Numbered from the stretch's first letter, positions 38,441 through 53,088 are shown. The stretch: 64,000 nucleotides of DNA from the human T2T-CHM13v2.0 reference genome, Homo sapiens (GCF_009914755.1 NC_060931.1), one strand, 5' to 3'. Translations and numbers: made by a program. Notes: a model not told the origin generated them from the sequence alone.

Positions 38441-38950
38441 CTGTTTCAGCCTAGTGTCCTTCAAAGCAGAATCTGAGGTAAAGGTTTATGAGGAGTTTAT
38501 TTGAGAATGTGACTGCAGAGAGGAGAGGCAAGGATTGGGGAAATGAAATGTAAGGAGGGAAATCCAACACAAGCCTGCACCATGAGTTGGCCACCTAATG
38601 AGTGACTGGTCACCTCATACTGAGAACCTCTGGGAAACATGAAATGCATCTGAGACTCATCAGACTGGGTAATAAAGAGGGAAGCATTTGTCTGTCCACT
38701 GCCAGCCATCACTGGTCGGGGTCACTATACAGGACGTCTGCTTCCCCAAATTTCATTTGTGAGTACTAGTTGTCCCAGAGATGCCCAAGGATAGACAGTG
38801 ATGGAGGGCATAAACAAGAAAATAGTAGGCTGCACCTGCAAGAAACTTGTAGAAGCCTGTGCAGAACCTGTCCCTGTAGAGGTAGCTGCAATGAGAGGTA
38901 AGGCCTGGAGCACATGAAGACGTAAGTGAGAGGTGTTAGAATCAATCCTT
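38441..38950 (-). mobile_element. LTR16-like ERVL LTR
   Basis: aaagcagaatctgagg...agtttatttgagaatgtga...gagggaaatccaa. Confidence 0.55.
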
Positions 38951-39434
38951 TAATGAAGATCAAAAATAAGCTTAGCCATACTATCCTTACATGTATAGTG
39001 TATATAATGAATATGTAGATGTCTGAGACATTTCCTACACATCCACATATGCCTATGTATTTCTCAATATATACCCCTGTAAGTATAGGTGGATATGCAC
39101 ACCCTTACACATATGTACACATATACCTGGACACATACATATTATATACATCTGTAAATATTTAATTTAAATAACTACTTATCACATGTGAAACACTTGT
39201 ATCATATTTGATAATGGCAATGGTAATAGAAATTTTCAATACTTTTCTCATCTACAGTTTAGTGCTACGTAAGAAATATGGCTACTCTCATTTTGGCTTC
39301 ATTGGAAGGGAACACCATTTGACCTTGTAAGCATGGCTATACTTATTATTGGAAGTGCATGGCAAAGTGTGTCCTTCCAGTGGTCACTAATGTCCTATTT
39401 TCTTTGGATAAGATATTCAAGATTGACTCTTTTA

Positions 39435-39675
39435 GCTGTTTAGATTTAAAACCTGACTACTCCTGTTTAAATCCCATCTACACGGGCATCCTAGTTGTGT
39501 GACCTAAGGCAATTTATTTAACCCTTCTGTGCCCCAATGTACCTACCAGCAAAATGGAGACAATCATAACACCTACTTCATAAGATTATTGTGGGAACAA
39601 ATGGGTTAAACATGAAAAACACCTATATTGGAGCCTGGTACATAGTAGGAGCTTTAGCAGCTCAGCTATTAATAA
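39435..39675 (+). mobile_element. MIR, near full length
   Basis: tgtgtgacctaaggcaatttatttaacc...aaaatgg...acctacttcata...gcctggtacatagta. Confidence 0.85.
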
Positions 39676-40516
39676 CTAATATTAATAAATGTTAGCTATC
39701 ATTATTATTTTCACACATGCATACCAAAATGGTATGAAACGGGAGCGGGAAAAGGGGATGGAATTAGTTGGCCTAATTTTTCTTAGTCATTTCCTACCAA
39801 TAACCCATGTCGAATGTATTTGTAAGTGAGAAAAAACACTTTGAGTTTCATTTTTTAAAGTACGTTTCTTGTTTTCAGTTTTATTTAGAGAGAAACATGT
39901 AAAGTATTTTAGATGGCATTTGACATTTTATTTGAGAATTGCTGACTCAGACTGAGCCAGACTGGGGAGCTATGGAATGGAACAGAGTCATTAAAGTAAT
40001 AATTCAAGAAACGTTAAAAGCAAAACATGACAAGTGACTCTTGATGAGTGGAATTGGAAAATACATTTGCAGCCATGTGGCCAAGTTAACCTGGGTAGAG
40101 GATAGGAAAACCCTCATATAAGGGAAATCAAAAATATTCCCTATACGTCTACCGTGTGCTAAGACCTGTGGTAAGACTGTATGTACAAAGTTAGGTAGAA
40201 AAGTCTCTAACTCAAGGAACTCATAGCCTATAATCTGCTCCTTAGTCTTTATACTGAAAGTATAAACCAAGTATGTGAACCAAATGTATAAGCCTGTTTT
40301 TAGGTTTAAAACAAAGCAAAATAAACAAATCAGCCTAAGATTTGTCCAAGTAGTCTCATAAAACATTGAGCCAAAAGGATTTGACATAAAGAAATAATCG
40401 AAGAAAGATTTTATGAGGTTTTAGAATTTGTTCTTACATAATTCAATCAAAACCGATATTTTCTGTGTAAATGCAGTTTCAAAAGGACACGAGAGTGAGA
40501 CTCACCAAAATAGTCA

Positions 40517-41054
40517 TTATTTCAATTACCTGTTGCTATAATAAAGCACCCCAAAACTTACTTACTGTAAACAATTATTTTATTATCCCTAAAAGTTCTT
40601 AAGTTGACTCAGTTGGGCTGGGTGATTTTCCTGGTCTATGTGATATTGACTTTGACTATAGAAAGATGAAAGATGAACGGGGCTAGAACATACAAGATGG
40701 CTCATTCTTATGGCTAGTAGTTGTTGCCTATTGGCTGTGAACTAGCTGGGGCTGTTGAACTTACCAACTCCACATGGCTTTTTCACATGGCTTGGACTTC
40801 TAGAAAGATAGATAGATTCTGAGTGAGCAACATAAAAATGAGCATCCTAAGAAGAAGAAAGCTGAAATGCCAGTTTTCAACTCAGAAGACCAAAATGTCA
40901 CTTCCATTGTATTCTATTGGTCAAAGTGTCCATAGGATCAGTCTAAAATCAAGGGAAGGAAAAGTAAGTTTCTCCTGTCGATGTAAGGGGTGACATGGGT
41001 ATACAGGAAGGGGAGGATTTGGGGGCTGGTCAATTTCAGATACCGGCTACCACG
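40517..41054 (-). mobile_element. MLT1H/I-like LTR
   Basis: caccccaaaactta...caagatggctca...tgtcacttccattgtattctattggtcaaag...ctaccac. Confidence 0.7.
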
Positions 41055-41634
41055 GGAATTTTAAAAGTAGAATTGTAATAATGAGGAAGGTCTTGGCATA
41101 AGACCTATTATTACTGGCACTGGTGGCTTTATAGGAACTATGTTAATTTCAAATTTAAATGATGAATGCGGTGTACTTTGGTGTTCTTGTTGTTACAGAG
41201 TAGGATAGTGTGCTAACCTCCACTCAAGACTTGGTTAAAGTTCTTATATTTATTATTTTCACTTGGTTTGTGTGTTATTGTCCATCTACCATACAAACCA
41301 TCAATATTAGCAAGGACAATGTTTTAGGCCCAATAACTCCCAAAGCCCTGCCTTGCTGATAAGATGTGTGATATAACCTTGTTAATCACCTTGAGATTTC
41401 ATGAGTTTTGGCTAACCATGCCCTGTTCCTAGCTCACTATTAGACATAAAAGGCTATGTGGGAGCCCTGAGCAGGCCTCGCCCCACTCCTATGGAGAAGG
41501 AACAATAGTCCTTGAGGATGAAGGTGGATGGGAAGAGGATCTAGAGAAGAACGGGAAAGAGAATTGTAAATGAGTAAAACTTGTAAGGCTCTTATAACTG
41601 AAGCACAGACATTCTGTCTGTGTGAGGACAGATA

Positions 41635-41825
41635 TATCCCATTAATTGAGCACCTACTATGTGCCAGACAATTTGCCAACCTCTTTACAAAAAATCATTT
41701 CCATTTTAAAAGTAAGATTGCTAACCTTCACAGAAGTTTAGCAGTCTTCAAAGGTCATAACAATAATAAGTAGCCAAAGCAGAATTGTAACCCCTGCCTA
41801 TTCCACATTCAGAACATCAGATTGC
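41635..41825 (-). mobile_element. MIR
   Basis: attgagcacctactatgtgccag...ccatttt...aaggtca...caaagcagaatt. Confidence 0.7.
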
Positions 41826-43110
41826 CTTTTCCTGTAGTTATGAAAAAGTGAACACCAGCTTAGATATACAGTTAACCTATCAGATCTAGCACGTTAATTT
41901 CAATGTGAAGTCATCTGCAGTGACTCAGTATCAGCCATATTTGAAAGCTGGCAGTGACTGAAAATGCTCTTGATAGCTCAGAGCCATGAGTTTGACAGGG
42001 AAGATGCAACAGCTGGTACCAATTAGAAACATATAAAGTAAGACTTTTGGGAAACCTAAAAATAAACTTATCTTTTGTATAGCTATCCATAGTTTGGAAT
42101 GGGAATCACTTATTGAATCAAATAATTGGCTCTCAGTGTCTGTAGCAAGTTAATTACCTAAGGCAAATGAGACACAGCACTCTCAAGAGAATTGTATCTG
42201 TTTATCCTGTCAAGTCGTGCTTCTAATTTTGAGGCATCTTTCTTCCTACTCTCCTTTTTATTTAAAGGCTAGTGGTAGATTGTATACTTATGATTTAAAT
42301 TGACAATAAATAATACAAGGCAAAGGGCTGATCTTCTCTTAATAGTAGCGATGTTAGGGAAAACATGGAATGATGTGAATGAGGCACTTCATATTATCTC
42401 TGTTCCATGCTGTATAATGTCAGCCTAAGTCCACATAGTCATCTCTTTCCAGGGATATTGGGGATAGAGAAGAGATCCTGCATCAGAGTCCTAGATCTGT
42501 CACTGCAATGTAACCTTGAGGAGATACTTAACCTCTCTGAGCCAAAGAATCCTTATTCAGATGTAACTAACATTTATTTTCCCATTTTGTAAGTGGCAGC
42601 ATATTTTACCTACATAACCTCATTTACTTACTGTATGCATCCTGCACACATTCGGGCATGCTGTAGATTCTTCAGAGAAATAAACTAAGGTTTAGTTTTG
42701 AGGTTATAATAAAGAACTGAGGTGAGCCAACCCCAGATTCCATGCACTTCCCATATGGCTAACAACCATTGTAGTTGGCTGGGGTCTTCACCCTGGTAAG
42801 ATTAGATGGTTGTGATTTCAAATAAGGAGCAATCAGCTATCAAAGCTGTTCAAATGTTAGTTTCTAGTTAGTGAACTTTGCTCTACTGGCAACCATCAAC
42901 TACTTAGATTTAACTCCTCCCCTTCTCCATCATATCCAATCTCCATCAGGGCACTTTGATTCTCTGTTCTAAACTTGCTTTACTTTTTTCTTCTATTCTC
43001 TACTCCTGCCTTTGTTCTGAGAGTGTCTCCGAGACCTGTGCAAAAGCCTTTCCTGGGCCCCCTACTTCTTTCTCAACTCCCTCCAATTTATTCTCTTTGC
43101 ACTATTGACT

Positions 43111-45817
43111 TGTTAAAAGCAAAACTTTGGACAAATTGCACTTAATAGAGTTTGAGCAAAGAATGATTCATGAATTGGGCAGACTCCAGAACAAAATCAG
43201 GTTCAGAGCAACTTCAGGACTGCCACCTGGTTGCATAACATTTCCAGACAGAAAAAAGAAAGTGATGTGCAGAAAATGGAAGTGGGTTGCAGAAACAGCT
43301 GGATTTGTCCCCTTCTTATGTTAAAACATGACCTCCAGTGTTGGAGATGGGCTTAGTTGGAGGTATTTGGGTCATGGGGGCAGATCCCTCATGAATGGCT
43401 CAGTGCTGTTCTCACAGTAATGAGTGAGTTCTAACTCTATGAGTTCATATGAGATCTGCTTGTTTAAAACACTGTGGAACCTTCCCTGTCTTTCTTACAT
43501 TCTCCTTCTCCACGTGATACACTAGCTCCCCCTTAGCTCTCTGCGATGATTGTAAGCTTCCTGAGACCTTCACCAGAAGCCCAGCAGATGCAAGCACTGT
43601 GATTCCTGTACAGCCTGCAGAACCATGAGCCAAAATAAACCTCTTTTATTTATAAGTTACTCAGCCTTAATGCAAATGGACTAAAACAGAAAATGGGTAT
43701 TTAGGAGGGGTGCACTGCTATAAAGACACCCGAAGATGTGGAAGCAGCTTTTGAACTGGGTAATGGGCAGAGGTTGGAAGAGTTTGGAAGTCTCAGTAGA
43801 AGACAAAGATGAAAGAAAGCTTGGATCTTCTTAAAGACTTGTTAAGTTGTTGTAACCAAAATGCTGATATAGATGTTAATAGTGAAGTCCAGATTGACTC
43901 CAGGGAACTGGAGCCAAGGTCACCTGTGTTATACCTTAGCAAAGAACTTGATTGCATTGTGTCTATGCCCTAGGGATCTGTGGAAGTTCAAATTTAAGAG
44001 TAATGACCTAGGGTATCTGGCAGAGTAAATTTCTAAGCAACAAAGCATTCAGGAAATGGCATGGCTGCTTTTAAAAGCCTATGCTCAGATATAGGAACAA
44101 AAATTTGGAACTTGTATTGGAGTTAAACTCCAATGCATGAAAGCAGCCACAGGGGCTCTACACTGCAAAGCCACAGGGGCAAAGCTGCCCAAGGACTTGG
44201 GAGCTCACCCTTTGCACCAGTGTGCCCTGGATGTAGGACATGGAGTCAAACATTATTTTGGAGCATTAACATTTAATGTCTTCCCTGCTGGGTTTTGGAC
44301 TTGTGTGGGGGCCCATTGACCCTTTATTTTGGCCAATTTCTCCCTTTTGGAATGGGGATATTTACCAAATGCCTGTATCAACATTGTATCTTAGAATTAA
44401 ATAACTTTTTAAAAATCTTACAGGCTCATAGATGGAAGGAACTTACATTGAAAGGAGAAGCAGAGTGTAAAAGCTTAGAAAATGTCTAGCCTTGACATGT
44501 GGTAGAGAAAGAAAGAGCCTTTTCAGGTGGTAAATTCAAGCAGGCTGTGGGGCAGTCACTTGCTAGAGGGATTATCATTACCAAAATGGGACTAAGTGAC
44601 TATTAAGTCAAGGCAATTGGTGAAAGAGCTCGAATGCATTTCAGAAGTTTCGGAGGCAGCTCCTCCCATCACAGCTCCAGAGACCTAGGAGGAAAGAATG
44701 GTTTCAGGGGCCAGGCCTGGGGTGCTGCTTCCTTGCTTAGCCTCAGGACACTGCTCCCTACATCTGGGCTACTCCAGCTTCAGCCTCAGCTCACAGAAGC
44801 TATGGCCACCACTTCAGAGAGTGCAAGCTATAAGTTTTGGTGGCTTCCACATGGTTTTGGGTCTACAGGTACACAGTATAGAAGACTGAAGAATGCTTGG
44901 CAGCTTCTACCTAAATTTCAGGGAATGTATGGGAAAGCCTAGTTATCCAAGAAGGAGCCTGCTACAGAGACAGGACTCACACAGGGATCCTCTACTAGGG
45001 CAGTGTTGAGGGGAAATGTGGGGTTGGAGCCCCCGCATAGGGTGCCTATCAGGGCACTGCCTAGTGGAGCTGTGGCAAGGGGGCCATTGCCCTTCAGACC
45101 TCAGAATGAAAAAGCCATAGGCACACAACTCTAATCCATGAGTGCAGCCACATGGGCTATACCCTACAAAGCCACAGGAGTGGAAATGCTCAACGACTTG
45201 AGAACCCACCCCTTCCACCAGTATGCCCTGGATATAGGACATGGAGTCAAATGTTATTTTGGAGCTTTAAAATTTAATGTCTTCCCTGCTGGGTTTTGGA
45301 CTTCATGGATAGGTGTTGCTGTTCTCACAGTAATGAGTGAGTTCTTACTCTATGAGTTCATATGAAATCTGGTTGTTTAAGAGCATGGCACTTACCCCCA
45401 AATTGCTGTCTCTCTTGCCATATGATACACCAGCTCCCCCTTTGCCATTTGCCATGATTGTTAGCCTTCTGAGGTCCTCACCAGAAGCTGAGCAGATGCC
45501 AACACCATGCTTTCTATACAGCCCACAGAACAATGAGACAAAACAAACAAAAACAAGAAAAGCCCTCTTTTCTTTATAAGTTACCCAGCTTCTGGTATTC
45601 CTTTATAGCAATGCAAACAGACTAACACAATTGGTTATAGCTGGGCACTTGCCTTATTTGAACCTGCTTTGAACACTTGACTGCCTGTAGTTGGCTGAAT
45701 CTTGGCTACTTTTTACAAGAGTAGGTTGCAGTCTGTTTACACACCATGTTTGGCAAAACTTTAGGCCAAATTTAAAATATGTATGGAAGCAGCTTCAGGC
45801 CAAACTACATTGAAATA
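43111..45817 (-). mobile_element. ERV1 3' LTR (MER57-like), split by an MST provirus
   Basis: Two halves 43111-43303 and 45630-45817 join as cagctgga|ttggttatagc; polypurine tract (PPT) on minus strand at 45818-45829. Confidence 0.78.
43304..45629 (+). mobile_element. MSTB-like MaLR provirus, rearranged (LTR 43304-43688, internal, partial LTR ~45310-45629)
   Basis: Both LTRs share gttctcacagtaatgagtgagttc...tatgagttcatatga; MaLR internal motif gaactgggtaatgggcagaggttggaagagtttgg. Confidence 0.88.
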
Positions 45818-46249
45818 TTTCTCCCTTTTGGTCAACTTTCCAATTTTGAAAGATTGGCCAAAACTTTAGGCATTGACATCATTCTCTGTCACTATTATAA
45901 ATGGACTTAGTCTCATTATGGAATTCACAAGTCATATTTGTCTCAGCTTCCATCTGTTTTGGAGTCTATCTGTGTCCTTAAAATTTCAATTTGATTATGT
46001 GGCAGTGAGCACAAGTGGCTCTATTTCAGTTTGGTCTGGTCTACTGGGGCATAGTGAAGGAGCTCAGTCCAAAACAATGGCCTCTGATAATTTTGTTTAA
46101 TATTCTCCCCTTTGGGACAGGTTTTTGTCTAGGTGAGAATGTGACCACAATTTAGAGCTTTAGTGCTATTCTCAGTTACCACCATTTTAGGGTTCTGGTC
46201 TCAACTCATCATTCATGGATTATTCTGTTCTCATGATTATACATTTCTT

Positions 46250-46810
46250 TGAGTTTTTGTCATTCCAACTGAAGAGAGGCCAGTTGACATTCTACAGATG
46301 GCTGCATGCAAACATTTAAAACTTTTGAAAGAATACAGTGCACCAAGGAGACTACTATTATGACTATCAAGACCAAGCATTTGTTGTATGTATGCTTCAT
46401 AGCTAGGGTCCCCATGAATAAAACCATCCAAAATTGAACAAATCAAAGAATGAGCCACATTAGGAGTCTACCCATTTTAACCAAGCAGCCTATTGATGAA
46501 CTCTGAAACTGAGCCTCTATAATACCCAATGTGTTCATCCATGTGTAACAAGAAGTGTCAGCAACTGCGTAGATTCCTCCTTATTCAGCTACCATGTAAT
46601 CTAGAACTATTCTATTATCTACTAAACCTTTATCAGAGAATGTAAAGAAATCTGTTGTGTAACTATAGCCTTTGCAGCAAAATTTTCTGTGGAGACTATT
46701 ATGAAAAACACATTTTTAATCATTGCCTCATTTATATTTACTCTAAGCCATGAATAAAAGGACCTAACAAATAATGCCCACCTAGAAAGTTGAAGGCCTC
46801 CTGTCAATGG
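46250..46810 (-). pseudogene. Degenerate ERV env TM remnant
   Basis: Minus translation ...SLHSLIKV / VDNRIVLDYMVAE*GGIYAVADTSCYTWMN (immunosuppressive-domain-like, decayed CX6CC) and hydrophobic LVLIVIIVVSLVHCILSKVL; contains stops and frameshifts. Confidence 0.8.
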
Positions 46811-47168
46811 TCTCTTAAACCTTTGACAAAAGTAAACAGGAGTGGACCAATGTTTTGTTTATGACTGATTTTGAAGCAACAAATGTCTCACTGAAATGCC
46901 TAGCCTATATTTGCCCTTCATCTTCCATCCATAAAGCGTAAGGTTGACCATGCATTAGGTTAGTTGTGAAATCCTCTGCAAATAAAAGTATACCACATGG
47001 GTGAACACAAAGCCCTTTCTTTACCAGTTGTTCATGGATGCATAAACAATAAAAAGATAAGGAGGTAAGAGTTTTATAATGGCAGAAAAGTCTTTATCCA
47101 TGATTTTAGGGAAGCTGTCCATGTCCAGGATGCTGTCTGTTTCTGGAGAGAAACTTCCATGATTAGCT

Positions 47169-47820
47169 TTACCTAAGGTCTCCAATGGGTGTACAGTTCC
47201 AAGAGTTTGAAGGAACCCTCTGAGACATGAGATTCCGGACCCCAAGTTGGAAGCCCTGAAGTCTTGCTGCAATGTGTATGGCAAGGGCAGTCTTTCTCTG
47301 ATGCCATTTCCAGAATACCCAATCTCTGAGTTCTAGATCATGAAGGGTCTGAATGTCCTCAGTGGGTAGATCATGAAAGCCTTCCTTTACCTGGTGAAAA
47401 TACACTTTGGCATAATTCATTAAAGCACTTCAGCATTTAGTCATGTAGGGACATGGGCTTGACAGTGACTATTTCATAAGAGATCAACTTATGTTTTCCA
47501 CTGGAAGTGTGTCTAATTGTCATCAATCTATAATACCTTTGACCAAGACAATCTAGTTGATTTAGTTAGCTTTGCCTAATACTATTGTATCTGTAATGCT
47601 TTATTTAACTATTTTGAAACTTTTCCAGTGAAACAAATACTTCTATTGCAAGAGATTCTTTCAGGAATGCCCCATGAAGGAAACACATTTTCTATAAATA
47701 TTTTAGCTACTGTTACAGCATTGGCCCTGCTACAGGGGAGTGCTTCTATACAACCATAAAATATGCACTTAAAGTGGCAATTGAAAAAAATCCCTCTAGA
47801 AATGTTCAAATGGCCCATTA
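47169..47820 (-). pseudogene. Degenerate retroviral integrase remnant
   Basis: GCIEALPCSRANAVTVAKIFIENVFPSWGIPERISCNRSICFTG resembles the IN core; LELRDWVFWK resembles the IN C-terminal region. Confidence 0.8.
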
Positions 47821-49834
47821 GGTAGCAGAAATATACCTAAAATTTTTATTGTCTTCCTAGGATTATGGGTTTGACAAACCAAACACTGGTCATATACCAT
47901 TTTAGCAATTTAGAACAGTCATTACACTAATTTTAAAAAATATATATTTGTATCATTTTATCTCTTCCATCATGAGACATGGAGTACAGAGCTTTTGATA
48001 ATGGAAGTTTTAAGAACTCAGAAAGGACCATGTGGCCATCCAGGATCTTCATGAATCCAAGCTGAACGTTGGATTTATTTGTTCTTAAATACCAATTTTG
48101 TTTCTCCAATTCAGGTGCATGGCACTATTTATTAAATTAGTTTTTATAGGTCATTTAACTTGGATCATGAAGTTCATTCAAGATGCATATCTTAACAATT
48201 TCAGTTCTGGCTGACTTAGCATGAAAATCTGCCAAAGTACTTTCTTAGTATTTAAATTGTTATTGTCCTGCTTGGGTTAGCAATTTTATAAACCAGCCAG
48301 TCCTTCAGTAGAGTTCTGGGAATTCTTACCCAGCCCAAATAATATTATCCTAAAGTTAGAATAAAACTGTATTCAGGAGTGCTTAACAGTGTCCTTTCCA
48401 TTTTTTCCAAGAACCACCTTGAAGACACAACACTTTAGGATTATAATGTTTTCTAAGGAGCTTTCAGAAAAAGCACGAGAATCAAACAACCAACTATGGA
48501 CAACAAGATTTAAAATGATCATGGATAAAGACACAATTGACCAAAAAATGGTTGTTTCTGTGGCCTACAATAATTTAATATAATAACCATAATTATGACT
48601 GACACATACAAGACATATCTGAATTTCAGGAATTTAATACAATTTTGAGATACATATTAGTGACATTCATATAACTGTAACTCAAAAAAGGTTAAACATT
48701 ATTTATTATTTGACACTGTTTCCCATATAATTTAGTGTATGAATGAAGTCTGTTTATTACCTTTCTTTTGGATGCTTCAGGGGCCCTCGGTAACATCCCG
48801 AGTTAGTTTGAGATAAAAATACTTGATTTTTGATATTGAAATTCTATTTTGGAAAGTTTGTCAAATATGCCAAAGGTTAAAACACTTGATCAAAGTAGAA
48901 TCACAGGTCATTGTGAAATAAAACCAAGTGACAAAAAATGTTAAAGGCACAAAGCACAAGAAATTGTCTTGATGAAACATGGATTTTGTTTCTTAGACCA
49001 GTTACCTAAAATGTAAAGAAAAGCTTCTCATAATTTTCTACTAAGAACAGATCAATGCTCCCAGAAAACCGAGTTGTTCCAAAACAGGTGCCCAAACTCT
49101 AGCCTTACATCAGTGTACTTTTGATACTAATGCTCAATTTTTAGAAAAACTTAAAAATAATTCCCTCTAATTTTAGCCAGCTTGATCACAAATAAAATTC
49201 CTTTCCTAAGACTGATCTCTTACAAACTTCTACAACCTTTTCTCTTTTTCATTTTGGAAGAACCAATCATTCTATTTTAAGATGAAGATTATGTATTTTT
49301 CTTTTTCCATAACTAAAACACACCTTTTATGTAAGTGTCACTTAACCAAAAACACATCATACTTTATTTGCATAAGAAGTTGTTTTAATTACCATATTAG
49401 ATTTTTTTAAAACTCAAGCAACATTAATTTCTAGTGAAAACCTAGGATGTAAGCTATTTTAAACTGCAGCATTCAATTTTGAACTATCAGCATTTTGTAG
49501 ATAAAAAGTATTTTATATATTTTAGAGACATATTTCCTCCTAACACAATTTTTATAGTTTTTACTAGACCCAGATATATTTAGCTTCTCTATACTATATA
49601 AAAACAAGAAGTCAAAGTACATAAACTTGAACATGTTTAATAATTAATGTCTCAATATTTTAACTTAAAAATGACTCAGACATTTAATGAGTATTTATTA
49701 AATTAACATGATTTTAAGATTTTCAAATTTCTGAAAAAGATTTTTGAAATGATGACAAGTTCATTTATGAATTTTTATGTCATTTACATTCATCTAATTT
49801 ACTCATTATTAACAATGATATTTGAATTGTTAAT

Positions 49835-51820
49835 TGATATGGTTTGGCTGTGTCCCCCACCATAATCTCATCTTGAATTGTAGTTTCTGTACTTTCCACA
49901 TGTTGTGGGAGGGACCCAGTGAGAGACAATTAAATCATGGGAGTGGTTTCCCCCATACTGTTCTTGTGGTAGTGAATAAGTCTCATGAGATCTGATGGTT
50001 TTATAAGGGGAAAGCCCTTTTGTTTGGCTCTCATTCTGCTCTTGTCTGCCACCATGTGAGATGTGCCTTTCACCTTCCACCACGATTGTAAGGCCACCCC
50101 AGTCACGTGGAACTGTAAGTCCATTAAACCTCTCTCTTTTGCAAATTGTCCAGTCTCCAGTATGTCTTTACCAGCAGTGTGAAAATGGACTTATATAGTA
50201 AATTGGTACTGGGAGTGGGGTGCTGCTGAAAAGATACCTGAATGTGTGAAAGCGACTTTAGAACTGGGTAGCATGCAGAGGTTGGAACAGTTTGGAGGGC
50301 TCAGAAAAAGACAGGAAAATTTGGGAAAGTCTGGAATTCCCTAAAGACTTGTTGAATAGCTTTGATGAAAATGCTGATAATGATATGGACAATGAAATCC
50401 AGGCTGAGGTGGCTCCAGATGAAGATGAGGAACTTTTGGGAACAGGAGCAAAGGTGACTTGTTATGTTTTAGCAGAGATCTTTGCAGTTGTTGCTCCTCC
50501 CATCACAGGCCCAGAGGCCTAGGAGGAAAAAATGGTTTTGTGGGCCAGGTCCAGGGCCCCGCTGCTGTGTACAGCCTAGTAACTTGGTGCCCTGAGTCCA
50601 AGCCACTCTAGCTGTAGCTAAAAGAGGCTAAGGTAAAGCTCAGGCCATGGCTTAAGAGGGTACAAGCCCCAAGCCTTGGCAGCTTCCACATGGTATTGAG
50701 CCTGCAGGTGCACAGAAATCAAGAATTGAGATTTGGGAACCTCCACCTAGATTTCAGAGGATGTATGGAAATGCCTGGATGTCCAGGAAGAAGTTTGCTG
50801 TGGGGGTGGGACCCTCATGGAAAACATCTCCTAGGGCAATGCAGAAGGGAAATGTGGGATTGAAGCCCCCACACAGTGTCCCCACTGGGGCGCTGCCTAG
50901 TGGAGGCATGAGAAGAAGGCTACCATCCTCCAGACCCCAGAATGGTAGATCCACCAACAGTTTGTACCGTATACATGAAAAAGCTGCAGACCCTCAATGC
51001 CAGCCCATGAAAGCAGCCAGGATGGAGGCTATCCTCTGAAAAGCCACAGGTGCAGAGCTGCCCAAGGCTGTAGGAACCCATCTCTTGCATCAGTGTGACC
51101 TGGATGTGAGACATGGAGTCAAAGGAGATCATTTTGGAACTTTAAGATTTGACAGCCCCACTGGATTTTTGACTTGCATGGGACCTGTAGCCCTTTTGTT
51201 TTGGCCAATTTTTCCCATTTGGAACAGCTGTATTTAACAAATGCCTGTACCCCCATTGTATCTAGGAAGTAACCAACTTGCTTTTGATTTTATAGGCTCA
51301 TAGGCAGAAGGGACTTTCCTTATCTCAGATGAGATTTGGACTGTGGACTTTCGAGTTAATGCTGAAATGAGTTAAGACTTTTGGAGACTGTTGGGAAGGC
51401 ATGATTGTATTTTGGAATGTGAAAGGGACATCAGATTTGGGAGGGGCCAGGGGCGGAATGATATGGTTTGATTGTGTTTCCACACAAAACTCATCTCAAA
51501 TTGTAGCTGCCATAATTCCCATGTATTGGGGGAGGGACGCGACAGGAGATAATTGAATCATGGGGGTGGTTTCCCCCATACTGTTCTCCTGGTAGTGAAT
51601 AAGTCTTATGAGATGTGATGATTTCACAAGGGGAAAGCCCTTTCACTTGGCTTTCATTCTGCTGTTGTCTGCCGCCATGTGAGATGTGCCTTTCACCTTC
51701 CACTATGATTGCTAGGCCTCCCCGGCCACGTGGAACTGTGAGTCTATTAAACTTCTTTCTTTTGTAAATTGCCCAGTCTCTGGTATGTCTTTATCAGCAG
51801 TATTAAAACAGACTCATACA
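49835..51820 (+). mobile_element. THE1C-like provirus with two LTRs (49835-50197, 51459-51820) and a shortened internal region
   Basis: tgatatggtttg starts on both LTRs, PPT before the 3' LTR, perfect 5-bp TSD ttaat (49830-49834, 51821-51825). Confidence 0.93.
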
Positions 51821-51841
51821 TTAATTAAACAAAGTTAGCCA

Positions 51842-52160
51842 TGGAAGGAGTTCAGGAAATATCACTCCAAATTATGTTGCTTTGGTATATTATTGCTACC
51901 AATAAGTAAGAAGAGCAATGCTTTTTGAATTCCCCTTCTCTGTGTTAAGACAGGTTTTTCAAAGGAACTCTGCTTCTTAGTGAGTTTCAGCAATCAGAAA
52001 AATTTTACTCTTATTACAGGAGAAAAGACTTCATCGCACCCAGACATATCTTGTCACAAACCATCGCCCATTATTACGTCAGCTCATTCATCTTTCCCAA
52101 AAGACATTTACTCTGAAGAGTTTCTTATACCACCTCTCCATTTTACCCATGCCAGCAGGG
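51842..52160 (+). mobile_element. MER39/MER34-group LTR fragment
   Basis: gttcaggaaatatcactccaaattatg...tttggtatatt start motif. Confidence 0.45.
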
Positions 52161-53088
52161 GCTTGAGTCAAGGGACTCATTCTTTTCTTGATTGACTCAT
52201 CTAGTTATTGACCTAAGTGACTGTTAGCTAGGTTGCTCTTTGTAATCTTACACTTTTTGAATTTTCAAATTTCTTCAAACTGGGGTAAATAGTGCAGACT
52301 GGTTTGGGGCTCTGCAGTGTTGGGGGACTAACATATATACCTTTGGTCCATCCAAACGTTGGTAGATTTAGCCTTATTTTAACTTAATCACTGGCTGCTT
52401 TACTTATATTATTTTTAAGAACCATCTAAAATTTTTACCCCAAATTTTCATTTCCAAAAGGATGGCTTAGTTAAACCAAGGTAGAAAATTTACATCTCAA
52501 AAGCACAGAGCTGAGACTTCAGGCCTACATACCATCATTTGTCTAAACTTAAGAAGGAGGGTATATTTAAATGCTTTAGGACAAGATGGCCGGGAAAATC
52601 ACTGTAAACAGAGGCAAGACTGGCTATGTGAATTTAAAGCAAGGCTTTCTTCATTGTAAGAGTTTCTAGTGACACAATCCTTTCTCTATTCCAGAGGAAG
52701 TACAGAGAGGTGGAGAGAGTCAAACAGCCTTACAAATGGAGATTTCATTTACGGATGGAAGTGTGTCTCTTTATCCTTTATACCTTGCCTACTGTATAGA
52801 TATAAGTGTAAACACTTACAGAAGTGTTTCGAAATAGCCAGCTAAATACCAAAAAGGTGTATTTTGAAGGTGTGTTAGTTCATTAGGTGGTCTTTTTAAC
52901 TTAGCTTCTGTTTCTTGGCTAAAATTACTAAGTTAAGAGTGGAGCTAATAAACGGAGCAAAGAAAGCATTCTCTATGCCTGGACAAACATAAATGCTCTG
53001 AAAAAGAAGCCAGCCTACTTTACCTGAGGGCATACATTTTATAAACACTTTCTCCAGCTTTTTTTTTTTTTTTTAACCTCTGGGGTGG

